Positions 55,856 to 64,000 of a stretch of DNA of 64,000 nt are shown one piece after another. Source of the DNA: Abditibacteriaceae bacterium. Its GTDB lineage: Bacteria; Armatimonadota; Abditibacteriia; Abditibacteriales; Abditibacteriaceae. The translations under genes were made by a program, and so were the position numbers. The notes under the pieces are model-generated. The model worked only from the letters and a program-made list of their open reading frames with translations. It ran no database searches and was not told where the DNA came from. Where the stretch lies: positions 32,001 through 96,000 of the forward strand of contig OZ255721.1 in NCBI GenBank assembly GCA_965277285.1, read 5' to 3'. The stretch's first letter is position 1, and every line of letters starts with the position of its first letter.

Positions 55856-58039
55856 ATGCCTGAAAAGTTCTTCCTGACGACACCGATTTATTATATCAAC
55901 GCGACGCCACACATCGGTCACGCTTATACGACAATCGCCGCCGATGTGCGCGCGCGCTTCGAGCGTTTGCGCGGCAAAAACGTCTATTTTCTGACTGGAA
56001 CCGACGAACACGGCTCGAAAGTGGCGCGCGCGGCGGCGGATGCGGGCGTTTCGCCACAAGATTACGCTGACGAAATTTCCGGCAAGTTCGTCGAATGCTG
56101 GCAGGCTCTCAACATCAGCTACGACGACTTTATCCGCACCACACAAGCGCGCCATGAAATCGCCGCCAAGCGCATCGTCGAAAAACTGTGGAGCGGCGGA
56201 CATTTGGCGTTGGGAAGTTATAGCGGCTGGTATTCGGTTCCCGACGAAACTTTCTTCAAGCCCGAAGATGTAACCGAGCGCGACGGCGCGACGTATCTGA
56301 CGAACCCTTCCATCGATCAGACCAAAGCGCCGCTGGAATGGGTCGAAGAAACCACGCATTTTTTCCGATTGTCGCAATTCCAGGATTTTCTGCAAACGTA
56401 TTACGAAGTGCATCCCGAAACTTTGCAGCCGACTTCGCGCCGCAACGAAGTTCTGTCGTTTCAGCGTTCGGGGCTGGACGACGTTTCGATTTCGCGCGAA
56501 CTGAGTTGGGGAATCAGCGTGCCCGAAAGCGTTCCTTCGCACGAAAATCACAGCATTTATGTGTGGTTTGAAGCCTTGATGAATTACGCGACGGCGCCCG
56601 GATTTTTGAGCGACGATGAAACGCAGCGCGCGCATTTCGCGCAAGTGTGGCCGCCCGATTTGCAGTTGATGAGCAAAGACATTTTTACGCGCTTTCACGC
56701 GACGATGTGGCCCGCCATGCTCCAGGCTCTCGATTTGCCTTTGCCCAAAGTCTTGTTTTCGCACGGTTTCTGGACGGTGGACGGGCGCAAAATGGGCAAG
56801 CGCGACCCGGAAACCATTGTCGAACCAGTTGCATTCGCACAGGAAATCGCGGATCGCGCCGCTTGCGGTTTTGACATCGGCGTTGATGCGTTGCGCTATT
56901 ATTGTTTGCGTGAAGTGACCTTTGGCGCCGATGGCGATTTTTCGCGCGAAGGCTGTTTTGCGCGCTACAATTCCGACCTGGCGAACGGTCTGGGAAACTT
57001 GGTCAATCGTGCGCTTTCGATGTTGCAGCAATACTTTGGCGGCGTCGTGCCCGAAACGAATCGAGTACTCGATGTGCGCCGCGCCGTCCTCGAAGCGACC
57101 TCAAGCGTAGAGAAGGCGTATGAAAAGCTGGAGTTTCATACCGCTTTAGCTGAAATCTGGAACATCATCGCGCTTCCCAATCGCGTTATTGAAGAAGAAA
57201 AGCCGTGGGCGAAAATGAAGGCGGGCGATGACGAAAGTCAGGCGCAAGTGGCGGCGCTTTTGCGCGAAGTGCTCGATGTTTGCGCGTGGTGTTCAATCGT
57301 CCTTTTTCCCGTCATGCCACACGCGATGCTGCGTTTGCGCGAACTGCTGAACATTCCGCATGAACTCACCTGGAACGATGCCCAAACGCTCGATCTTTTG
57401 CCCGCCGGTCACGTTTGTCGCGCGCCAGAGCCATTGTTCCCACGGATGCAATTGAAGAAGACGGAAAACCCTTCTGCTAAAGGAAAGAAAATGACTCAAA
57501 ACGAAAACTTTGAAAACGTCGCGCAAAGTCCCAACGCGGCTTCGCCCGATCCCATCGCCAACCGCGAAATGATTATGGAAGCCGGTATTTCCAATCACCG
57601 TACCGTCGGCGATTTGCCCAAAAGCGCTCCGATGCAAAGCCAGTCGCAGAGCCAATCGCAAAGCGCCGAAGTCGCGCCTTCCAGCGCGAGCGAAGCGCCG
57701 CAATCGAACCTGATTGAGTACGCCGATTTCGCCAAAGTCGAACTGCGCGCGGCGAAGATTTTGGAAGCCGAGCGTATTCCCAAAGCGGACAAATTGTTGA
57801 AATTGCAAGTCGATCTGGGAACCGAAAAGCGCCAGATTTTAGCCGGTATCGCGCAACAGTTCACGCCGGAAGAATTGATCGGCAAAACTATCGTCGTGGT
57901 GGCGAACCTGGCGCCGCGAACCATGCGCGGCTTGGAATCGCAGGGAATGTTGCTCGCCGCGTCCGTGACATCCGATGGCCCGCCAGCGGGATTATTGACG
58001 GTGGACGGCGATATTCCGCCGGGCAGCATCATTCGATAA
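55856..58039 (+). CDS. metG: Methionine--tRNA ligase with C-terminal tRNA-binding domain
   Basis: TTPIYYIN..PHIGHAYT, GTDEHG, YVWFEAL, NSDLANGLGNL; C-terminal OB fold (ADKLLKL, RQILAGI, SQGMLLAA). Confidence 0.96.
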   Translation: MPEKFFLTTPIYYINATPHIGHAYTTIAADVRARFERLRGKNVYFLTGTDEHGSKVARAAADAGVSPQDYADEISGKFVECWQALNISYDDFIRTTQARHEIAAKRIVEKLWSGGHLALGSYSGWYSVPDETFFKPEDVTERDGATYLTNPSIDQTKAPLEWVEETTHFFRLSQFQDFLQTYYEVHPETLQPTSRRNEVLSFQRSGLDDVSISRELSWGISVPESVPSHENHSIYVWFEALMNYATAPGFLSDDETQRAHFAQVWPPDLQLMSKDIFTRFHATMWPAMLQALDLPLPKVLFSHGFWTVDGRKMGKRDPETIVEPVAFAQEIADRAACGFDIGVDALRYYCLREVTFGADGDFSREGCFARYNSDLANGLGNLVNRALSMLQQYFGGVVPETNRVLDVRRAVLEATSSVEKAYEKLEFHTALAEIWNIIALPNRVIEEEKPWAKMKAGDDESQAQVAALLREVLDVCAWCSIVLFPVMPHAMLRLRELLNIPHELTWNDAQTLDLLPAGHVCRAPEPLFPRMQLKKTENPSAKGKKMTQNENFENVAQSPNAASPDPIANREMIMEAGISNHRTVGDLPKSAPMQSQSQSQSQSAEVAPSSASEAPQSNLIEYADFAKVELRAAKILEAERIPKADKLLKLQVDLGTEKRQILAGIAQQFTPEELIGKTIVVVANLAPRTMRGLESQGMLLAASVTSDGPPAGLLTVDGDIPPGSIIR

Positions 58040-58162
58040 AGCTCGTTTGCCGTCGTTCCAGATCTTTTCCACATCCGTGCTCATCCGTTTGATCCGTGTT
58101 GGCAAAACTGCCGTGTCCTCTTTTGACGGCGGCTTTCTGAAGACGAGTTTTCTTTTTCTGCT

Positions 58163-58840
58163 GTGAAACTTCGATTCCGTTTACCTTTGGGCATCAAGAA
58201 TTTCTGGCGCGGTTGTCGTGTCGAAGAAAAAGTTGTGTTGTGTGCGGCGGCTTTGATTGTGCCGTTTTGCGGCGGTTTCGAGTACTCGAAAGGGCGCTCT
58301 CAAGCGCCGTTGCCGCCACTTTTTCGCGCCGCACCGGAAGACCAGGCGTCACGTTCAACGAATAAAATTCTGCTGATTGACATCATGGGCAAAGTGCGTC
58401 GTCCTGGCTTACAAAAGTTGCCGCAAGGTTCGCGCGTTTTTCAAGCGTTGCAAGCCGCTGGTGGCGCGACCGATGAGAAAGCGGCGCAAACTTTGAATCT
58501 CGCGGAACTTTTGCACGACGGTCAAAAACTCGTGGTTGGCGAACCTCAAGCTGCCGCGCTGCCACTATCGAGTACTCGAATCGGGCAAGTCGCGCCGTCT
58601 GGGACGAAGAACGCTGGAACAAAGCGCACGGCGCGCAAAGCGTTGCCGACAGCGCCGATCAATGTCAATACGGCGACGCTTGAAGAATTAGAACAATTGC
58701 CTGGCGTCGGCCCCGCGTTGGCGAGTCGTATAACCGCGGCGCGCGCTCAAAAGAAGTTGGAAAATCTGAGCGATTTGGATGCGGTTTCCGGCATTGGGCC
58801 GAAGAAGTTGGAAGCGATGCGGCCTTTCGTCAGGTTTTAA
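58163..58840 (+). CDS. comEA: ComEA-family DNA-binding protein (SLBB plus HhH)
   Basis: GKVRRPG, RVFQAL.AAGG, LNLA..L.DG, INVNTA..EEL..LPGVGPALA, VSGIGPKK. Confidence 0.88.
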   Translation: MKLRFRLPLGIKNFWRGCRVEEKVVLCAAALIVPFCGGFEYSKGRSQAPLPPLFRAAPEDQASRSTNKILLIDIMGKVRRPGLQKLPQGSRVFQALQAAGGATDEKAAQTLNLAELLHDGQKLVVGEPQAAALPLSSTRIGQVAPSGTKNAGTKRTARKALPTAPINVNTATLEELEQLPGVGPALASRITAARAQKKLENLSDLDAVSGIGPKKLEAMRPFVRF

Positions 58841-58870
58841 GACGATTATCTGCTACCGATTGCTGATATT

Positions 58871-58984
58871 GTAGGGACGCAGATTTCTGCGTCCGCTGTA
58901 AGTCCGTATCGAGTACTCGAATGCGGACGCAGCATCAAGCGCGGACGCAGCATCAAGCGCGGACGCAGAAATCTGCGTCCCTAC
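58871..58984. repeat. GTAG-type REP doublet (family B) with central TCGAGTACTCGA and an 18-bp tandem duplication
   Basis: GTAGGGACGCAGATTTCTGCGTCCG ... (GCGGACGCAGCATCAAGC)x2 ... CGGACGCAGAAATCTGCGTCCCTAC. Confidence 0.9.
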
Positions 58985-59052
58985 GAGGGTTGTGCAGGCG
59001 TGTCGCTGGCGAAGAGCGCGATCTGCGTTTCGGCATTAACAAGGAGAAATCG

Positions 59053-60063
59053 ATGAGCAGCACTTCAAAGACATGGACGAGCGGCGATGCCGACTTTCCG
59101 ATTATTCATTTGGCTGATAGTGAAGGCAGAGAAGTTCAGATTGCGCCTGTCGCCGGTTTTAACGCGTTTTCGTTTCGCGTGACGCACAACGGCCAAACAT
59201 TGCCGATTCTGGTCGAACCCAAAGACGACGCCGAACTCCGCAAAGGTGGTTTCAGTTTCGGTTATCCTTTGCTGTTTCCGTTTCCCAATCGCTTGCCCGA
59301 AGGCCATTACTCGTTTGAAGGCCGCGCGCTCAAAGCCGATGTCAACTTCAAAGATGGGCACGCGATTCATGGTCTAGTTTGCGACCGTCCGTGGAACGTT
59401 GTCGAAAGCGGCGCCGATGATGAACGTGGCGCGTGGGTCACAGCGACTTTCGACACGCGCGATTTTCCCGATGTGCAACGCCAATATCCCTTCGACTGCC
59501 TGGTTACCGCGACTTATTCATTGCACGGCGGCGAGTTGAACCTCGCGTTTACGGCGCAAAACGTCGGCACGGGAAATCTGCCGATGGGTTTTGGCATTCA
59601 TCCCTGGTTTCCCTGTCCTTTGACGTCACAGGGAAAACGCGCCGCGTGCGAACTGTTTGTGCCCGCCAACGCGCGCTGGGAATTGGAGTCGCTTGATTAT
59701 TTGCTGCCGACCGGAAAATTGCCTCCGGTTGAAGGCACGGAGTACGACTTTCGCCAGCCGCGCGCTCTGGGTGGCATTTTCCTGGACGAGGTTTACACCG
59801 ATTTGTCTTTCGACGGCGACTGGCATCGTAGCCGTTTTCTCGACCGCGAAAGCGGTTTGGCGCTGGGTATGAAAGCGTCAAAAGTCTTCCGCGAATATGT
59901 GGTTTATGCGCCGCTCGACCGCGATGTGATTTGCCTCGAACCTTATTCCAGCACGACCAACGCCGTCAACCTGCACGAGCAGGGTGTTGACGCCGGTCTG
60001 GTTGTGCTCGCGCCGCAAGGATTGTGGCATGGCGAAATCGGTTTGTCGGTCAGCAAAATATAA
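59053..60063 (+). CDS. Aldose 1-epimerase family protein
   Basis: PLLFPFPNR, HAIHG, GFGIHPWF, ICLEP; AAGGAG RBS. Confidence 0.9.
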   Translation: MSSTSKTWTSGDADFPIIHLADSEGREVQIAPVAGFNAFSFRVTHNGQTLPILVEPKDDAELRKGGFSFGYPLLFPFPNRLPEGHYSFEGRALKADVNFKDGHAIHGLVCDRPWNVVESGADDERGAWVTATFDTRDFPDVQRQYPFDCLVTATYSLHGGELNLAFTAQNVGTGNLPMGFGIHPWFPCPLTSQGKRAACELFVPANARWELESLDYLLPTGKLPPVEGTEYDFRQPRALGGIFLDEVYTDLSFDGDWHRSRFLDRESGLALGMKASKVFREYVVYAPLDRDVICLEPYSSTTNAVNLHEQGVDAGLVVLAPQGLWHGEIGLSVSKI

Positions 60064-60075
60064 GACGCCGCATTT

Positions 60076-60182
60076 GTAGGGGCTTGGCGCGCCAAGTCCG
60101 CGTTGTGTGCAAGCCCACGTTGTATGTTTGCCTCAACAATCGAGTACGCGATGAGTGCGGGCTTGGCGCGCCAAGCCCCTAC
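60076..60182. repeat. GTAG-type REP doublet (variant family B)
   Basis: GTAGGGGCTTGGCGCGCCAAGTCCGC ... GCGGGCTTGGCGCGCCAAGCCCCTAC; spacer has ATCGAGTACGCGAT. Confidence 0.85.
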
Positions 60183-60245
60183 GAGACGGTTGCGAATTCT
60201 CCAAAGCGGAGGTTTTCTCTCGAGCAATCTGCCATAATTGCTTGA

Positions 60246-62072
60246 ATGAAGACCTTCGCTTTTTTGCTTTTAACGTTCTGCCTTGCCACTGCGGCTTCTG
60301 CTTCCGCCGCGCCTCCGCAAATCTTTGTCGCCGATCCGCCGGAAAATAAAATCGTTGCCTTCGATCACATTTTGTTTGAAGGTTCGGTTTCTGCCGGTGC
60401 GAACTTTTCGGTTGATGGGCGCGCGATCGATGTCGGGCGCGATGGACTTTTCATCGAATGGTTGCCGCTGAAACCTGGCTTGAACGTCTTGCAACTGCAA
60501 AGCAAACGCGGCATCGAGTACTCGAAACGCGAGTTTCGCATCACCTCGCAACCTGAAACCTCTTTACCCACAACGCCGACAACCATTATCGCGGACAGCG
60601 TGCAGCCAAACGCGAATTGGAAGTTGTTCACTTTCGCGGGAAGTTTGGCCACGCGAACCATCAATGTTTCGTTCCGCGGTTCGCCAAATGGAAACGCCAG
60701 TTTTACGATTGGAAAGCGCGGCCCGTTTGCAATGGCAGAACGTAAAGCCGAAGATTTTCCGGGGACGAAAAATGTCTCAACTGGAACTTACGAAGGTTCG
60801 TTTGTCGTTGATGCGAACGATCAATTCCAAGATGCGCCAATTGTTGTTTCGCTGACGGGCAGCGATGGGAAAACCGTCGCGCAAACTGCAACGGGCAATC
60901 TGACGGTGAATCAAACCAATCAGCCGCGTGTCGGAATTGTCACTGTTGAAGCCGTTGGCTTGGGTGTGAATGCGAGCACAACTGTGGCGCGCAATGGGGT
61001 CGGGCGCAGTCATGTTTTGCAACTGGAAGCGGGCGAAAAGTTCGTCGTCATTGGCGAAGAGGGCGACACCTTTCGCTGTTTGTTGTCACCGAATCAAAGC
61101 GTCAATATTCTCAAGAGTCAAATGCGATTGTTGCCGGAAGGAACGTCGTTTCCGCGCGTTTATTTCACTCGCATCTCGACGCAAATCGTGCGTCAAAACA
61201 ATACATCGAGTACTCGAATCCGCTTTGAACTGCCCGACCGCGTGCCATTTATCGTCGAGCAAACTGCCAACGGCAACGATCAATCTCTCGACCTTCGCTT
61301 GTTCAATACCGAATCAGATGTCGATTACTTCGTGTCGGCTTTTCCCGATGAACTCTTGCGTAACGTAACCTGGACGCAGGAAAGTGACGGCGTTTTTCAC
61401 GCGCATATCGCTTTGAAAATGCGCCAGCAATGGGGATTTCAGACGTTTTACGAAGGCAACGATTTGGTCGTGCAAATCAAGCACGCGCCACAGCTGAACC
61501 GTGCGCAGCCTTTGTTGGGACGGCACATTGTCGTTGATCCCGGGCATGGCGGCATTGAAACGGGCGCGCCGGGCGCTTTCGGCGTTGATGAAAAAGACCT
61601 TGTGCTCGACATCGCGCGACGTTTAACGACCAAGTTGCAGAAACTCGGTGCGATTGTGACGATGACGCGCGACAAAGACGTGCAGGTACCAATTTACAAT
61701 CGTCCGCTTCTCGCCGAACAACTCAACGCCGACGTTCTCCTCAGCATTCACGCCAACGCGTTGCCGGACGGCATTGATCCAAATAATTCACGCGGCACCG
61801 GCGTTTATTTTTATCAGCCGCAAGCGCGCCCTTTAGCTGAAAGTTTACTGCGTTCCATTCTCAAGGATGTGCCCGAAACCGGCAACGACGGCTTGCATTA
61901 CCAGAATCTCGCCTTAACGCGACCAAGCAGCCAACCCAGCGTTCTGGTGGAAACCGCCTTTATGACCGATAAAAGCAACCTGCGCTTGTTGATGTCCGCA
62001 GTGGGACGTGAACGTATTGCTGAGAGTTTGGCGCGTAGTCTGGAAGAATTTTATGTCGGGAGTTTGCGCTGA
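60246..62072 (+). CDS. N-acetylmuramoyl-L-alanine amidase (Amidase_3)
   Basis: Signal peptide; VVDPGHGG, EKD, LSIHANA, SVLVETAFM. Confidence 0.92.
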   Translation: MKTFAFLLLTFCLATAASASAAPPQIFVADPPENKIVAFDHILFEGSVSAGANFSVDGRAIDVGRDGLFIEWLPLKPGLNVLQLQSKRGIEYSKREFRITSQPETSLPTTPTTIIADSVQPNANWKLFTFAGSLATRTINVSFRGSPNGNASFTIGKRGPFAMAERKAEDFPGTKNVSTGTYEGSFVVDANDQFQDAPIVVSLTGSDGKTVAQTATGNLTVNQTNQPRVGIVTVEAVGLGVNASTTVARNGVGRSHVLQLEAGEKFVVIGEEGDTFRCLLSPNQSVNILKSQMRLLPEGTSFPRVYFTRISTQIVRQNNTSSTRIRFELPDRVPFIVEQTANGNDQSLDLRLFNTESDVDYFVSAFPDELLRNVTWTQESDGVFHAHIALKMRQQWGFQTFYEGNDLVVQIKHAPQLNRAQPLLGRHIVVDPGHGGIETGAPGAFGVDEKDLVLDIARRLTTKLQKLGAIVTMTRDKDVQVPIYNRPLLAEQLNADVLLSIHANALPDGIDPNNSRGTGVYFYQPQARPLAESLLRSILKDVPETGNDGLHYQNLALTRPSSQPSVLVETAFMTDKSNLRLLMSAVGRERIAESLARSLEEFYVGSLR

Positions 62073-62186
62073 ATTATTGAGGTGCGCTATTGGTAAGCAG
62101 CGCCAAAGTTTCTGTCGTAACGATGGTTGTTTTGGATGGGATTTACGCGCTAACTTCCATCGAAAACGAGCTTTCGAGTACTCGAT

Positions 62187-62630
62187 TCATGCCTTTTCGT
62201 TGCGCAATTCGTCTCGCACTTGCATCAGGATAATGCCCAGTTTGTTTTGGCCCGTGCGGTTTTTGCCGCAACCCCAGTAATAATCGCCGGGCGCGTTTTC
62301 GATGATTTCTTCGTCGTCGGCGGCCAGCAAAATCTCGCGGATTTCCTCGTGCGTCTGGAACTTTTTCAGGACGGCGCGGTGCATGATTTCGTCTTTGACA
62401 CTTTCCCAATCGGCGCGCAAAGGACGGCTGCGTTCGCGTCCCATTTCGGCGGCGCGCTTGGGCGTGGCGGCGCAGCGAATTTCCTCGACGTGCGATGTTC
62501 CCGCGAACTTTTGCGCTTGGAAATAGTGTTCAGTCGTCGGCCACCATTGTCCATCTAACTCGATGCCGTGCTTGGAAAAGTTAGAAAAACAACCGTATGT
62601 GTCGAGTGTTCCGTAAAATTCAATCGCCAT
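62187..62630 (-). CDS. NADAR (YbiA-like) family protein
   Basis: FSNFS, WPTTEHYFQAQKF, DYYWG.G...G.NKLG.ILM.VR. Confidence 0.92.
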   Translation of the reverse strand: MAIEFYGTLDTYGCFSNFSKHGIELDGQWWPTTEHYFQAQKFAGTSHVEEIRCAATPKRAAEMGRERSRPLRADWESVKDEIMHRAVLKKFQTHEEIREILLAADDEEIIENAPGDYYWGCGKNRTGQNKLGIILMQVRDELRNEKA

Positions 62631-62807
62631 AATACAACCTCCTGAAAATCTGTCCTAACTGAAAAACGCCTTCTCCCTTGATAACAGAGTTTCTGATCAA
62701 AACGTCCAAGTAGCCGGTTTTGGTTCGTCATGTCGAGCTGCCAGGCTCCAGTTTGAGTTGGTGACGTGTCAGAAGTAACGGATTCTGAAGCCGATTTTCT
62801 GCGGAGT

Positions 62808-64000
62808 TTAAAGGCTGGTGCGTCCGGCCAAGCTGGCTACAACGGCGATCAGTTCGGCTGGTTCAATTGGCTTGGGAATATGCACTTGAAATCCTGCTCG
62901 CAGGGCACGCACGCGGTCTTCGACGCGCGCAAAAGCGGTGAGCGCGATGGCAGGCGTTTGTCCGCCGTGTTCGCTTGCCAGAGCGCGCACTTTGCCAATC
63001 AACGCGTAACCATCTTCGCCGGACATGCCAATGTCGCTCACCAAAATATCCGGCTTGGAAGCGGCTATCATTTGCAGCGCTTCGGCAACGGAGGAAGCTG
63101 CGGTCACCTGCGAGCCACAGCGTTCGAGCAACATGCGCAGCAAAAGGCGCGTGTCAGTCTCGTCGTCCACGATCAAGACCCGTAGATTTTCGAGTTGTGG
63201 AGGGCAGTCGAAGGAGACATTTCTGTCGACGGTCGGGTGCTGGCGCTCTTCCTCTGCCTCGTCCATTTCGCGGCGCGTCACTCTCAAGGGCAATTGCACC
63301 GTGAAAGTCGCGCCCTGGCCTGCTCCAGTGCTGTCCACTTGAATCGTGCCGCCATGCAGTTCGACAAGCTGGCGCACGATGGAAAGTCCCAGCCCCAAAC
63401 CTCCGTAAGATCGAGTACTCGCTTGGTCGGCCTGGCGAAAACGGTCGAACACGAGGGGCAGGAATTCAGGTTCGATGCCCTGGCCGTTATCGCTGACGAC
63501 GATTTCGACGTGCGAGTTAATACGCTCCAGGCGCACTTGCACGCGGCCTTGTTTCGGCGTGAATTTGATGGCGTTGGTGAGCAGATTCCACATCACCTGG
63601 CGCAGGCGGTCGGCATCGCCAGAAATGGGACCTGCTTTGGAGTCGAGCAAAATTTGGAGATGAATGCCTTTGGCTTGAGCTGCGGGGCGCACCGAGGCAA
63701 TGGCGGACTCGATGACTTCCGCCAGTTCGACTTGATGCACGTCGAGGCGCAATTTGCCGGTAATGATGCGCGACACATCCAAAAGGTCGTCAATCAGCTT
63801 GACCTGAGCGCGCGCGTTACGCTCAATCGTTTCCAGAGCGCTGGTTGTCGTGACGGCGTCAAACTCGCCGCTGTTGAGAATGTTTGCCCAGCCCAGAATG
63901 GCCATCAAAGGTGTGCGCAGTTCGTGAGACAAAGTTGAAAGGAACTCATCTTTCAACTGATTGGTTTTTTCGGCATCTTTGCGCGCTCTTTGCTCGCGCC
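62808..64000 (-). CDS. Hybrid sensor histidine kinase/response regulator, 5' part outside the window
   Basis: FLSTLSHELRTP, NLLTNAIKFT, DNGQGI, GGLGLGL, then receiver domain (VDD, SDIGM, KP). Confidence 0.95.
   Translation of the reverse strand, partial: REQRARKDAEKTNQLKDEFLSTLSHELRTPLMAILGWANILNSGEFDAVTTTSALETIERNARAQVKLIDDLLDVSRIITGKLRLDVHQVELAEVIESAIASVRPAAQAKGIHLQILLDSKAGPISGDADRLRQVMWNLLTNAIKFTPKQGRVQVRLERINSHVEIVVSDNGQGIEPEFLPLVFDRFRQADQASTRSYGGLGLGLSIVRQLVELHGGTIQVDSTGAGQGATFTVQLPLRVTRREMDEAEEERQHPTVDRNVSFDCPPQLENLRVLIVDDETDTRLLLRMLLERCGSQVTAASSVAEALQMIAASKPDILVSDIGMSGEDGYALIGKVRALASEHGGQTPAIALTAFARVEDRVRALRAGFQVHIPKPIEPAELIAVVASLAGRTSL

Noticed and set aside
58921..59052. RTQHQA peptide repeats at the start of the epimerase ORF call
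   Set aside because: These are a translation of the REP doublet; the real start with an RBS is at 59053. Similar over-extensions affect ORF calls at 9315, 34987, 47486, 54458 and 55778.
62187..62630. NADAR gene as part of an anti-phage or toxin-antitoxin system
   Set aside because: It is a stand-alone YbiA-like gene with no DarT-like or other defence neighbour in the window.

Overview
A 64 kb chromosomal window from a moderately GC-rich diderm bacterium. Gene content and repeat style suggest an Armatimonadota/Abditibacteriota-like lineage, which is inference only. In order it holds: nested IS remnants and gene fragments (1-5.7 kb); a solitary integron-type gene cassette (about 7.8-8.5 kb); pyrH, mreB, murA and a complete F1Fo ATP synthase operon interrupted by two extra genes; a large secreted multi-domain glycosidase; a metal-uptake locus (TonB-dependent receptor, ExbBD-TonB, outer-membrane protein, ZnuABC-type ABC transporter) whose two halves are each preceded by a paralogous CxxC...RGPP leader ORF; carotenoid genes including elongase and hydratase homologues; ricT, metG, comEA, an aldose epimerase, an amidase, a NADAR protein and a partial hybrid kinase. 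The most striking unexplained signal is the palindrome TCGAGTACTCGA, usually WTCGAGTACTCGAW. By eye I count about 43 perfect copies plus many near-copies, in genes in all three frames (SSTR / IEYS / RVL[DE]) and between genes. It appears to overwrite protein sequence and often seeds longer unique hairpins, like a HIP1-type highly iterated palindrome with a different motif. Several REP-like families, an IS5-family element inserted in a REP and a related MITE are also present. No rRNA, tRNA or CRISPR array was seen.
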